From an uncultured Gammaproteobacteria bacterium (lineage in GTDB: Bacteria > Patescibacteriota > Patescibacteriia > UBA9934), in assembly GCA_964348985.1 (NCBI GenBank), contig CAYGEQ010000005.1, positions 1-25,126 of the forward strand: a stretch of DNA of 25,126 nt. Direction: 5' to 3'. Each line of letters begins with the position of its first letter. Within the stretch, counting starts at the first letter, position 1. The notes beneath the pieces are model-generated. The model had not been told where the DNA came from, searched no databases, and worked only from the letters and a program-made list of their open reading frames with translations. Made by a program: the position numbers and the translations under genes. Shown here piece after piece: positions 1 through 7,820 of this stretch.

Positions 1-325
1 CATCTGTTAACGCCGGGTTAGGTACGTGATAAAGCAGATCCTCCAGGTCAGTTTCAAGTGGAGTGAGTTCAGTGGTCAAAACACTAGCTCGTTGGTCAAC
101 CTCACGCATGTCAGTAATTAGTTGTTTGCGCTCGTCTGGGGTGGCCTTAGGGATGCGCTTTGAAACATCATTTTTCTGGGCGTTAATGCCCTCCAGCTCT
201 GTTTTCAAAAGACGAACTCGGCGGTCTAATTCCATGATGCGCTCAACGTCTATTTCAATATTCTTGGCGCGGGCCGCGTCACGAAAAGAAATTGGATTTT
301 CCCGGAACAGTTTTAGGTCAATCAT
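1..325 (-). CDS. serS: Seryl-tRNA synthetase, N-terminal 108 aa (partial, continues off the left edge; not in the ORF track)
   Basis: Manual translation from ATG at 325: MIDLKLFRENPISFRDAARAKNIEIDVERIMELDRRVRLLKTELEGINAQKNDVSKRI...LEDLLYHVPNPALTD. This matches the SerRS N-terminal coiled-coil arm (MLDxKxxRENP ... LxxIPN). Confidence 0.93.
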   Translation of the reverse strand, partial: MIDLKLFRENPISFRDAARAKNIEIDVERIMELDRRVRLLKTELEGINAQKNDVSKRIPKATPDERKQLITDMREVDQRASVLTTELTPLETDLEDLLYHVPNPALTD

Positions 326-351
326 ATAGTTAAGTCGCTTCAGGCTGACAC

Positions 352-753
352 TTAGGTAATTTTCGATGACTTGTATTTATCTGGCTCGAACGCCTTGAGC
401 GTCACCACCTTAACTTGTTTACCAGTTCTCTCTAAAAACTTCAAAAAGTTTTCCCGGAGTTCAATTTGGTCATAGCCGAAGGCCACAACATCCGGGTGAA
501 CTCGACCAAGTACCCGGTACACGCCCTCTTCTTTATCACTGGTAGCGATTTGGTCCACCAGTCCGCTCACTAGGAGCGCATCCTGTCGCTCTTCAAAGAG
601 ATATTTGGGCTGGTGGCCTTTGAGTCGCTCAATGACCGTATCAGGTGCTAGGGCCGCCACTACCCGTTCACCGTAATTCCTGGCCTGTCTAAGCAAGGAT
701 TCATGCCCGGGATGCAACCCGTCAAACGAACCAAAGACGAGGACTATTTTCAT
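352..753 (-). CDS. Stand-alone nucleotidyltransferase of the CTP_transf-like family, RibL (archaeal-type FAD synthase)-like
   Basis: FGSFDGLHPGH (HxGH motif), PDVVAFGYDQ and C-terminal YKSSKI resemble RibL/TagD-type enzymes. The start overlaps the lysS stop (ATGA). Substrate is not certain. Confidence 0.75.
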   Translation of the reverse strand: MKIVLVFGSFDGLHPGHESLLRQARNYGERVVAALAPDTVIERLKGHQPKYLFEERQDALLVSGLVDQIATSDKEEGVYRVLGRVHPDVVAFGYDQIELRENFLKFLERTGKQVKVVTLKAFEPDKYKSSKIT

Positions 754-2234
754 ACCTGGTCTGGTTTTTCCGGTTTGAGTGTTGGGAATAGGATCACTTC
801 TTTCAAGTTTGGAGCGCCAGTCAGGAAGGCGACCAAACGATCAATGCCAATACCAACACCACTAGTTGGCGGAAGGGCGTGTTCAATAGCGGAGAGGAAG
901 GCCTCGTCCAAATGCTGAGCTTCTTCACTCCCCTCCTCGCGCAACTGTTCCTGAGCTACAAAACGGGCCCGCTGATCAATTGGATCATTTAGTTCGTGGT
1001 AGTAAGCATTAACTACTTCTGCGCCCTGAATAACCAGCTGTACGGTTGAGCTCTTGGTTTTGTCTATTGGATGCTGCTTAGCGAGTGGCTTCAGGTCAAC
1101 TGGATAATCATAGATCCAGATTGGGCCGTCCAGGTTTGGTCTAGCTGTTTTCTTCCAAAGTTCATCCAGATGTTCGCCTAAGCCTACGCACTTCTTGAAA
1201 TCAATCTTAACTTTAGCTTTCTTTACCTCCACTATCAGCTCTTTCACATTAGTCACTGTATCAATATCAATTCCGGAAGATTCCAGAATAGCCTCACGGA
1301 AAGTCTTCCTAGGCCAGGGACCGGTAAAGTCAATTTCTTTGACCGTATCTGTGCCCGGAACTTTCAGCGTGCCTAAGCTTTCAGCAATGACCGTGGTCAA
1401 CAAATCCTCTAAGAAAGTGATGAAGGAATCTTTATTAGCGTAGGCCCAGTAGAGCTCTAGCATGGTGAACTCAGGATTGTGCGAGTAATCAATGCCTTCA
1501 TTTCTGAAGCACCGGCCAATCTCATAAATTTTTTCAAAGCCACCCACTACCAAGCGCTTCAAGTACAGCTCTGGAGCGATGCGCAAATAGAAATCAGCGC
1601 CTAGGGCGTTATGGTGAGTGATAAACGGACGGGCACTGGCACCACCCGGGATGGGCTGAAGAATGGGGGTCTCAACCTCCAAAAAACCGCGCGTGTCTAA
1701 ATAGGCACGCAGGCCTGAGACTACTTTTGACCGGATACGGAAGCGCTCACGAACGGCGGCGTTCACAATCAAATCAAGCTCACGCTCCCGGTAACGGGTT
1801 TCTACGTCAGATAGACCGTGCCATTTTTCAGGTAAGGGCTTTAGAGCTTTTGAAAGAATTCGGATAGAGGTGACCAGCACAGACTTCTCACCCGTCTTGG
1901 TTACAAAAGCTCGCCCGGTGGCCTCCAGGATGTCACCCACGTCAGCGTGCGCCAGGAAGAAATCATAGGCGGTTTCTAGGTCAGCCTGGCGAAGAACTGC
2001 CTGCATGACGCCTGAATCATCTTGAATTCTAAGGAAGGTTAGCGCGCCAATGTCACGAATGGCCATGGCTCGCCCGGCAATCACCACCACTTCCGCTGAC
2101 TGTTCAAGGGCAGAAAAAGTAGCCAACGCCTCTGACACCAAATGGGTTCGCTCTACATTATCTGGATAGGCGTTGACGTTGGCCTTCTGAAGAGACTGCA
2201 ACCGCGTCAACCGGTCTTGTTCTTCACGAGTCAT
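750..2234 (-). CDS. lysS: Lysyl-tRNA synthetase, class II
   Basis: N-terminal OB-fold; GGASARPF, LRIAPELYLKRL, FRNEG, HNPEFTMLELY, ELNDP, motif 3 GVGIGIDRL, VILFP. Confidence 0.97.
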   Translation of the reverse strand: MTREEQDRLTRLQSLQKANVNAYPDNVERTHLVSEALATFSALEQSAEVVVIAGRAMAIRDIGALTFLRIQDDSGVMQAVLRQADLETAYDFFLAHADVGDILEATGRAFVTKTGEKSVLVTSIRILSKALKPLPEKWHGLSDVETRYRERELDLIVNAAVRERFRIRSKVVSGLRAYLDTRGFLEVETPILQPIPGGASARPFITHHNALGADFYLRIAPELYLKRLVVGGFEKIYEIGRCFRNEGIDYSHNPEFTMLELYWAYANKDSFITFLEDLLTTVIAESLGTLKVPGTDTVKEIDFTGPWPRKTFREAILESSGIDIDTVTNVKELIVEVKKAKVKIDFKKCVGLGEHLDELWKKTARPNLDGPIWIYDYPVDLKPLAKQHPIDKTKSSTVQLVIQGAEVVNAYYHELNDPIDQRARFVAQEQLREEGSEEAQHLDEAFLSAIEHALPPTSGVGIGIDRLVAFLTGAPNLKEVILFPTLKPEKPDQV

Positions 2235-2236
2235 AC

Positions 2237-2698
2237 TTATTGGATAGAAATAATTTCGTAAGTCATGACGCCTGACGGAACCTTAGCTTCAACCGTCTCC
2301 CCTACGCTCTTGCCCAAGAAGGCATTACCAAGCGGAGATACGTTACTAATTTTGCCCTCCATCGGATTAGCTTCATTCTCCCCGACTATCTCATACGTCT
2401 TTTCAGCCCCACCGATTTTCACTTTAAATGAAGAGCCGAGTCCAATAGACCCGCCTTTTTTCTCTTCAACCACCACCGCGGTAGAGAGCATTTCAGTAAT
2501 TTCTATAATTCGGCTTTCGTTCAAACCTTGCTGATCTCTGGCTTCATGATAAGCGAAATTCTCAGACAAATCGCCCATTTCTTTAGCTTCACTAATACGC
2601 TGAGCAATTTCCGGCCTCACTACCTTTATCCTGTTTTCCAGTTCTTTCTTAATATCGGCTAGGCCAACAGCAGAAATGTACGTAGCGTGGTTTTCCAT
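2237..2698 (-). CDS. greA: Transcription elongation factor GreA (likely start is ATG 2698, not TTG 2722)
   Basis: GDLSEN acidic tip, YEIVGENEANP, ISNVSPLGNAFLGK; adjacent to lysS. Confidence 0.95.
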   Translation of the reverse strand: MENHATYISAVGLADIKKELENRIKVVRPEIAQRISEAKEMGDLSENFAYHEARDQQGLNESRIIEITEMLSTAVVVEEKKGGSIGLGSSFKVKIGGAEKTYEIVGENEANPMEGKISNVSPLGNAFLGKSVGETVEAKVPSGVMTYEIISIQ

Positions 2699-2733
2699 AA
2701 ATGAAGAAAAGACGCGTTCCAAAAGGGTCGCGT
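2699..2733 (-). terminator. Terminator-like hairpin plus U-rich tract in the greA leader
   Basis: Minus strand ACGCG-ACCC-TTTT-GGAA-CGCGT followed by CTTTTCTTCATTT, then the greA ATG. Confidence 0.45.
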
Positions 2734-2742
2734 TATGGGCGC

Positions 2743-2770
2743 ATTATGCCCCAGGCTACCGGGGAGTCAA
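2743..2770 (-). promoter_or_regulatory. Sigma70-type promoter for greA-lysS-ribL-like-serS
   Basis: Minus strand TTGACT-N16-CATAAT, overlapping the last codons of mrdA. Confidence 0.55.
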
Positions 2771-4681
2771 GTACCACTCGAGAATCTCCCTGGCGATAGG
2801 TACGGCTAATGACAAGTCTCCGCCCTCTTCTACTATGACCGCAATGGTAATAGTTGGGTCATCATATGGTGCGAAGCCGGTAAACCAGGAGTGAGGAACC
2901 TTATTCGAATTCCATTGGGCAGTACCCGTCTTACCCGCTGCGGGCACCGGCAAGGATTGTAGAGAGGTAGCTGTGCCGTTGGTCACCGTAGTGCGCATAG
3001 CTTCCTGAATCACTGCTTGGATTTGCTCGTCCGCTACCCGGACTGCCGTTGCCCCCTGACCGACCACCAAGTGAGGGGTGATGAGCAGGCCACCGTTAGC
3101 CACCACGGCCGTAGCTCTAGCCATCTGCAAGGGCGTAACTAAGATGTCGCCTTGGCCAATAGAAGCATTATACGTATCACCCAGAAACCAGTCCTCATTT
3201 TTTGTTTCTTTTTTCCATTCCTTGCTAGGCAAGAAGCCAAGCGCTTCGCCTGGTAAATCAATCCCGGTTTTAGCGCCTAATCCGAAGGTTCTGGCCCAGG
3301 TCATAAGTTTATCTATCCCCAAACCCCTAAATGATTCATTACCGCCACCAATCAAATAAAAATAGGTATTAACTGAGTCGGCGATCGCGTGATATACGTT
3401 CGTCATGCCATGACCACCGCCTTTCCAATCAGGAAAAAACCTGTCCCCTAACATTAATCCGCCTCCAGAAAAAAATGTGGTCTGCGGAGTCACAATGCCC
3501 TCCTCTAAAGCTGCGGTGGCAAAGAGCGGCTTAATGGTTGAACCAGCCGGGTATGTCCCAGCGGTAGCCCGTGGAAAGAGTGGCGCGTTCGGGTCATTTA
3601 CTAGAGCTGAATATTCAGTACCCGAGATACCTTTGGAAAATTTATTGGCGTCATAAGCCGGGTAGGACACCAGAGCTAACACTTCCCCATTACGTGGATC
3701 AAGCGCTACCACCGCTGCTTTTTTTACGGGCCTATTTTGTAAGTACTTGTTTAGCACTAATTCTGAATAGGCTTGTAACCGAGCGTCAATAGTTAAGGTC
3801 AGATTTTGACCATCAACCGGATCTTTGTGCGATAAAATTCTTAAGGGCGCACCTTTGGCGTTTACCTCAAACACATCCTCTCCATATTGGCCGCGTAGCT
3901 CAACCTCATGTGAGGATTCCACACCCTGCTTGCCAATGGCATCAAACGAACGGTAACCGTCTTCACGCAGGGCGTCATATTCTTCCGCGCTAACGCCACC
4001 GGTATAACCTAGGACATGCGATAAAGAAGGAATGGCATCCGTAGGATAGCCACGCTCCTCAGCTAGCTCAATAGCTAATCCTGGGAGTTCCTGACCAGAA
4101 CCCATATAGGCCATAGCCTTCTCATAAGGGATATCTTTGGCGTACAAAATCTCTTCACTGTCATGAGCTAACTGATCAGCCAACAGCAACTCTTCAAACG
4201 AGAGCTCTAACATTTCCGAAGCTGCTCTTAGGATGTCCTGCCTGGTAGTCACTAGCGGCCAAGTCCAGCCAGGCACTGCCCGTGGGAGCAGTGATTGGTA
4301 CCCCACTAATCTAAAGGAGGGCAGGTTTGAGGCCAGAGGAATGCCGTGCCGATCAGTTAAGATGCCTCGGTGCGAAGGGATGGCGTGAATCCTTAATCTG
4401 TTAGATTCAGCCACGGCTCTATAGTGTCCGCCGTTCACAATTTGCAAAAAAGCACTCTTGCCCAAAAAAATAGTGACCACTAGTAAATAGGCAGCTAAAC
4501 CAAGCAGAAACCGTTGGTGGCTAATGGGCGGTTTAACGGTTGATCTAGACAGAGATGATCTAGGCTCAGATAACACTTCGTCAACGTTGCTACGCGAAGA
4601 CATGCCCCAATCACTGGAGCTTTCCCCAAGGCCAAAAAGGTTAGGTCCGCTATCTTGGCGCCTGGACTTCATAAGTATCAT
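2756..4681 (-). CDS. mrdA: Penicillin-binding protein 2 (class B PBP); alternative start at 4672
   Basis: TM anchor, then RGILTDRHG dimerisation domain, GYTG, GKQGVE; catalytic STIK (SxxK), SVN (SxN) and KTG; directly downstream of mreBCD. Confidence 0.95.
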   Translation of the reverse strand: MILMKSRRQDSGPNLFGLGESSSDWGMSSRSNVDEVLSEPRSSLSRSTVKPPISHQRFLLGLAAYLLVVTIFLGKSAFLQIVNGGHYRAVAESNRLRIHAIPSHRGILTDRHGIPLASNLPSFRLVGYQSLLPRAVPGWTWPLVTTRQDILRAASEMLELSFEELLLADQLAHDSEEILYAKDIPYEKAMAYMGSGQELPGLAIELAEERGYPTDAIPSLSHVLGYTGGVSAEEYDALREDGYRSFDAIGKQGVESSHEVELRGQYGEDVFEVNAKGAPLRILSHKDPVDGQNLTLTIDARLQAYSELVLNKYLQNRPVKKAAVVALDPRNGEVLALVSYPAYDANKFSKGISGTEYSALVNDPNAPLFPRATAGTYPAGSTIKPLFATAALEEGIVTPQTTFFSGGGLMLGDRFFPDWKGGGHGMTNVYHAIADSVNTYFYLIGGGNESFRGLGIDKLMTWARTFGLGAKTGIDLPGEALGFLPSKEWKKETKNEDWFLGDTYNASIGQGDILVTPLQMARATAVVANGGLLITPHLVVGQGATAVRVADEQIQAVIQEAMRTTVTNGTATSLQSLPVPAAGKTGTAQWNSNKVPHSWFTGFAPYDDPTITIAVIVEEGGDLSLAVPIAREILEWYLTPR

Positions 4682-5165
4682 TCTTGGCTACAAACCGGCG
4701 ACCAAACGCGTGCAAGGCTCGCTCTAAGAACAGCGAGGCGATGACGGTCAGGAGCGAGGTCACCGCCGTCAGAAAAAGGAACATCCACGGAAAAAATCCC
4801 GGTACGCGCACCACTACCCCAAAACGTAACGCGAAGTACAGCAGACTGGTAACAAGCACCACTCCAGCAAAGGCTGCAATGGAACGACGCGCAAACACCC
4901 GTGAGATCAAGCCATAAACAATCACTAAGCTAGCTAAAACTACCAGCAAATGGGCGGCTGGGGCTAAGCCGACAGCTACCGTAGCTAAACCGGTTACTAG
5001 TAAAAAAGCGCCACCCAACTCAAACGACACCCGATGCATGATGGCTAAAGAAAAAATAAAGGCCCAAGGAATTAAGCGCCAGGGTAAAGGCAAAACCGCC
5101 CACACTGTTTCAGTGAAGAAGAAGGTCAGAAGTAACGTCGCGGCTGATAAAAATCCGAGGATCAT
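4650..5165 (-). CDS. mreD: Multi-TM membrane protein, MreD-like by position
   Basis: About 5 hydrophobic segments, located between mreC and mrdA. Sequence motifs are weak, so the call rests mostly on synteny. Confidence 0.65.
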   Translation of the reverse strand: MILGFLSAATLLLTFFFTETVWAVLPLPWRLIPWAFIFSLAIMHRVSFELGGAFLLVTGLATVAVGLAPAAHLLVVLASLVIVYGLISRVFARRSIAAFAGVVLVTSLLYFALRFGVVVRVPGFFPWMFLFLTAVTSLLTVIASLFLERALHAFGRRFVAKNDTYEVQAPR

Positions 5166-5167
5166 AA

Positions 5168-5971
5168 TCAGGGAGAGATGGGCGGGAGAATAAGCACGTT
5201 AGACCACTCGAGCGGGTCTGCAAACGGTTCTAAGAGGGCGCTCTTGAAAGGAGCGCTGGCGTGATTAATAACTTCGGTGACGGTGCCCAGCAACAACCCC
5301 TCGGTGATGCGTCCGTCTAATCCGCTGGTGGTCACAATGTCGCCGCGGGCCACATCCGCCTCACGTGGAATAAAGTTCAGCCCAATCACCGCGCCGTTAC
5401 GTCCCTCAGCTAAACCAATGGTGCGCTTTTTTCCAATAATAGTAGCTGGAATCCGACTGTCCGAACCGGTCAATAAAGTTACTATACTGGTGTGTTCTTT
5501 AACTGCAGTCACCGTGCCTAGGACTACCCCCTGTCCAACTACCACCACTGAGCCTATGACCACGTTATCGGCTGATCCTCGGTCAAGAATTACCCTCATG
5601 GGGTCCTCCGGTAATGACCTGGCAATTAATCTAGCCGCCGTGCCGGCCACTGCTACGTGCTCCGAGTAGCCCAAGGATTCCCGTAGTTCAGCATTCTCAT
5701 CTTTTAGGCGCTCAAATTCCACGGCGTCTCTAGCTAGCGCTAACCCGTCATCCTGACACATTTGAAGTCTAACTGACAAAGAATTTTCCGATTCAAAAAA
5801 TCTAGCCACCGCTCTGGCTATGCCTGCTCCGCCCCGAGCGAGGACCGCCTCGCCAGATCTGATGGCTGGACCAATGCCAGGTAGTTGCTTAGCTAGAAAA
5901 AATACACCCACGAAAGCCACTAGTATGACCACTGGCTTAAGACGCGCAAGGATGGTTGGCTGCTCAATCAC
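5168..5971 (-). CDS. mreC: Rod shape-determining protein MreC (GTG start)
   Basis: TM segment, coiled coil LKDENAELRESL, ILDRGS, GDIVTTSGLDG, LLLGTV; follows mreB. Confidence 0.92.
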   Translation of the reverse strand: MIEQPTILARLKPVVILVAFVGVFFLAKQLPGIGPAIRSGEAVLARGGAGIARAVARFFESENSLSVRLQMCQDDGLALARDAVEFERLKDENAELRESLGYSEHVAVAGTAARLIARSLPEDPMRVILDRGSADNVVIGSVVVVGQGVVLGTVTAVKEHTSIVTLLTGSDSRIPATIIGKKRTIGLAEGRNGAVIGLNFIPREADVARGDIVTTSGLDGRITEGLLLGTVTEVINHASAPFKSALLEPFADPLEWSNVLILPPISP

Positions 5972-5976
5972 AGCGT

Positions 5977-7020
5977 TTAGTTATTAGCGGTGGTTGGTAG
6001 AGAGACATCAGTCAAGAATTCTGGCCTATCAAGCAAAGCTCCAGCGCCCCTAACCGTACACGTCATTGGGTCATCAGCAATTCTCACCGGAATATCTGTT
6101 TCTCTAGCAATTGTTTTATCTATCCCCTTTAACAGCGCACCGCCACCCGCTAAAACCAGGCCACGTTCATAAATATCAGCCACAATTTCCGGGGGAGTAA
6201 CTTCAATAGTCGCCTTGATGTTTTCGACTATAGTCTGGACGTTACGATAAATAGCTTCACGAATCTGGGCGTCCGTCACTATGACCTGTCTTGGCAAACC
6301 ATTAATGAGATAGCGCCCACGCATTTCCATTTCCATGGGCGAACCTAAATCCATAGACGTACCGATTCGCCATTTCACTTCTTCCGCCACGCGTTCACCA
6401 ATCAACAAGTTAAAGACGTCCCGGGCGTACTGAGTGATACTCTTCGTCATTTCATCGCCAGCTACGGTCAGGGACTTCCAGGTAACAATACCGCCCAGCG
6501 CCACCACCGCAATTTCCGTAGTTCCCCCACCAATGTCAACAATCATACTGCCAACAGAATCCTCAACCGGTAGACCCGCGCCCAGCGCCGCGGCGAGTGG
6601 CGCTTCTACTAAAAACGCCTCACGAGCGCCAGCTGATAAGGCGGCATCTTCCACGGCTTTACGCTCAACCTCCGTAATCTCCAGTGGAACGGTCATGACC
6701 ATGCGAGGCCTGGGAACGAGAGTGAACGTGTCCTCATGTACTTTGTCCACAAAGTACTTCAACATTTTTTCAGTCACTTCAAAATCTGAAATTACGCCCT
6801 TAGTCAGTGGCCGAGTGGTCACAATGTGTGGCGGCGTCTTGCCTAACATGTCCTTGGCCGAGGTGCCAACAGCGAGAATGTGATTAGTTCTGGTATTCAC
6901 AGCCACGATGGACGGCTCGTGCATCACGATTCCGCGCTCACGTACAAAAACTCGGGTGTTTGAGGTCCCGAGGTCAATAGCAATATCTTTAGAAAACCGA
7001 CCAAAAATTCGGCTGAACAT
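5977..7020 (-). CDS. mreB: Actin homologue MreB (likely start ATG 7020), with Ala at the catalytic Glu position
   Basis: N-terminal amphipathic MFSRIFGRF, IDLGTSNT, EPSIVA, RPLTKGVISDF, VDIGGGTTE, LAGGGALL, ADDPMTC. Confidence 0.97.
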   Translation of the reverse strand: MFSRIFGRFSKDIAIDLGTSNTRVFVRERGIVMHEPSIVAVNTRTNHILAVGTSAKDMLGKTPPHIVTTRPLTKGVISDFEVTEKMLKYFVDKVHEDTFTLVPRPRMVMTVPLEITEVERKAVEDAALSAGAREAFLVEAPLAAALGAGLPVEDSVGSMIVDIGGGTTEIAVVALGGIVTWKSLTVAGDEMTKSITQYARDVFNLLIGERVAEEVKWRIGTSMDLGSPMEMEMRGRYLINGLPRQVIVTDAQIREAIYRNVQTIVENIKATIEVTPPEIVADIYERGLVLAGGGALLKGIDKTIARETDIPVRIADDPMTCTVRGAGALLDRPEFLTDVSLPTTANN

Positions 7021-7081
7021 AAGCGTCCGCTGGCATTTCATCACGGGTATGTAACTCGAACAAGGCGCCCTGTGGAGTGAA

Positions 7082-7486
7082 CTAAGCCTCTGACGGCGGT
7101 TCTAACGTTTTGCGGTCTTGAAAAATTATGAAGAAAAACTCTAAGAGCGCTAATAAGGCAATCAACACCATGAGCACGGGCGTAGAAAACAACCCAATAC
7201 TCATCAGGATCAAAGACAATAAAATAAGCGCTCCAAAAAATACCCCTTGTCTAAATGATCTAATGACGGCCAAGCTAGCCCCAGCTTCTGGAAACCTACC
7301 AGACCGCATAACAGTGCCAATGATGGTCAGCAACCCAACTAACCCACTGCCAAGGGTAACGTAAAAAATGATCAAAGCTAACGGACCAGCCGTGAATGGA
7401 TCAATAGACAGCAAAGTCACCACCCAAGCCGAGAGAGCAATGGCCGTACCTAGCGCCAGAATAACAATATATTGCCGAAGGTTCAT
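7082..7486 (-). CDS. Hypothetical 4-TM membrane protein (likely start ATG 7486)
   Basis: MNLRQYIV... with four hydrophobic helices and motifs IDP, FY, SFRQG, LE. The longer ORF-track start overlaps dciA. Confidence 0.75.
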   Translation of the reverse strand: MNLRQYIVILALGTAIALSAWVVTLLSIDPFTAGPLALIIFYVTLGSGLVGLLTIIGTVMRSGRFPEAGASLAVIRSFRQGVFFGALILLSLILMSIGLFSTPVLMVLIALLALLEFFFIIFQDRKTLEPPSEA

Positions 7487-7496
7487 AGCTAGCTCA

Positions 7497-7808
7497 TTAT
7501 ATATCCATAAACGCCTCCGGCCTAAGCTTAGCCACACAAACCAAGGATAGAGAGGGAAAATCTTCCTCAAGTGATCTGGCCAACTGAGGGCCTATGACAT
7601 CCGCCTCATAACGCGCCGTGGGGTTCTGGCAAGCAATCGTCAGCTCCTTGTCTTTGAAACTTAAAACCTTCATGTCGCGTTGATACTCCGCTGGGATGAG
7701 GGCAAATAATTTATCGTTAGCCTTCCTGACTACTTGAGCAGCCAAAACCTGCTTACCTATCCCATGGCGAGCGAGAATTGAATCTGTAAGACTACCGAAT
7801 GTTTTCAT
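7497..7808 (-). CDS. dciA: DciA/DUF721-family replicative helicase loader-like protein
   Basis: 103 aa; N-terminal 'GSLTDSILARHGI' and 'VLSFKDKELTIACQNPTARYE' fit the DciA KH-like core as I recall it. Confidence 0.65.
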   Translation of the reverse strand: MKTFGSLTDSILARHGIGKQVLAAQVVRKANDKLFALIPAEYQRDMKVLSFKDKELTIACQNPTARYEADVIGPQLARSLEEDFPSLSLVCVAKLRPEAFMDI

Positions 7809-7820
7809 AGTTCTTTCCTG

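Noticed and set aside
63-329. Plus-strand 88-aa ORF
   Set aside because: Antisense shadow of serS, which the ORF track missed because it is cut by the window edge.
331-351. TAAGTC..TTCAGG-CTGACAC resembles pieces of the heptamer element
   Set aside because: Matches are only 6-7 nt and there is no hairpin; compatible with chance.
300-7800. Apparent codon-style difference (more CTA/TTA) in the left part versus the helicase/atp region
   Set aside because: Impression by eye only, and explainable by expression-level bias; it needs a computed codon analysis before any transfer claim.
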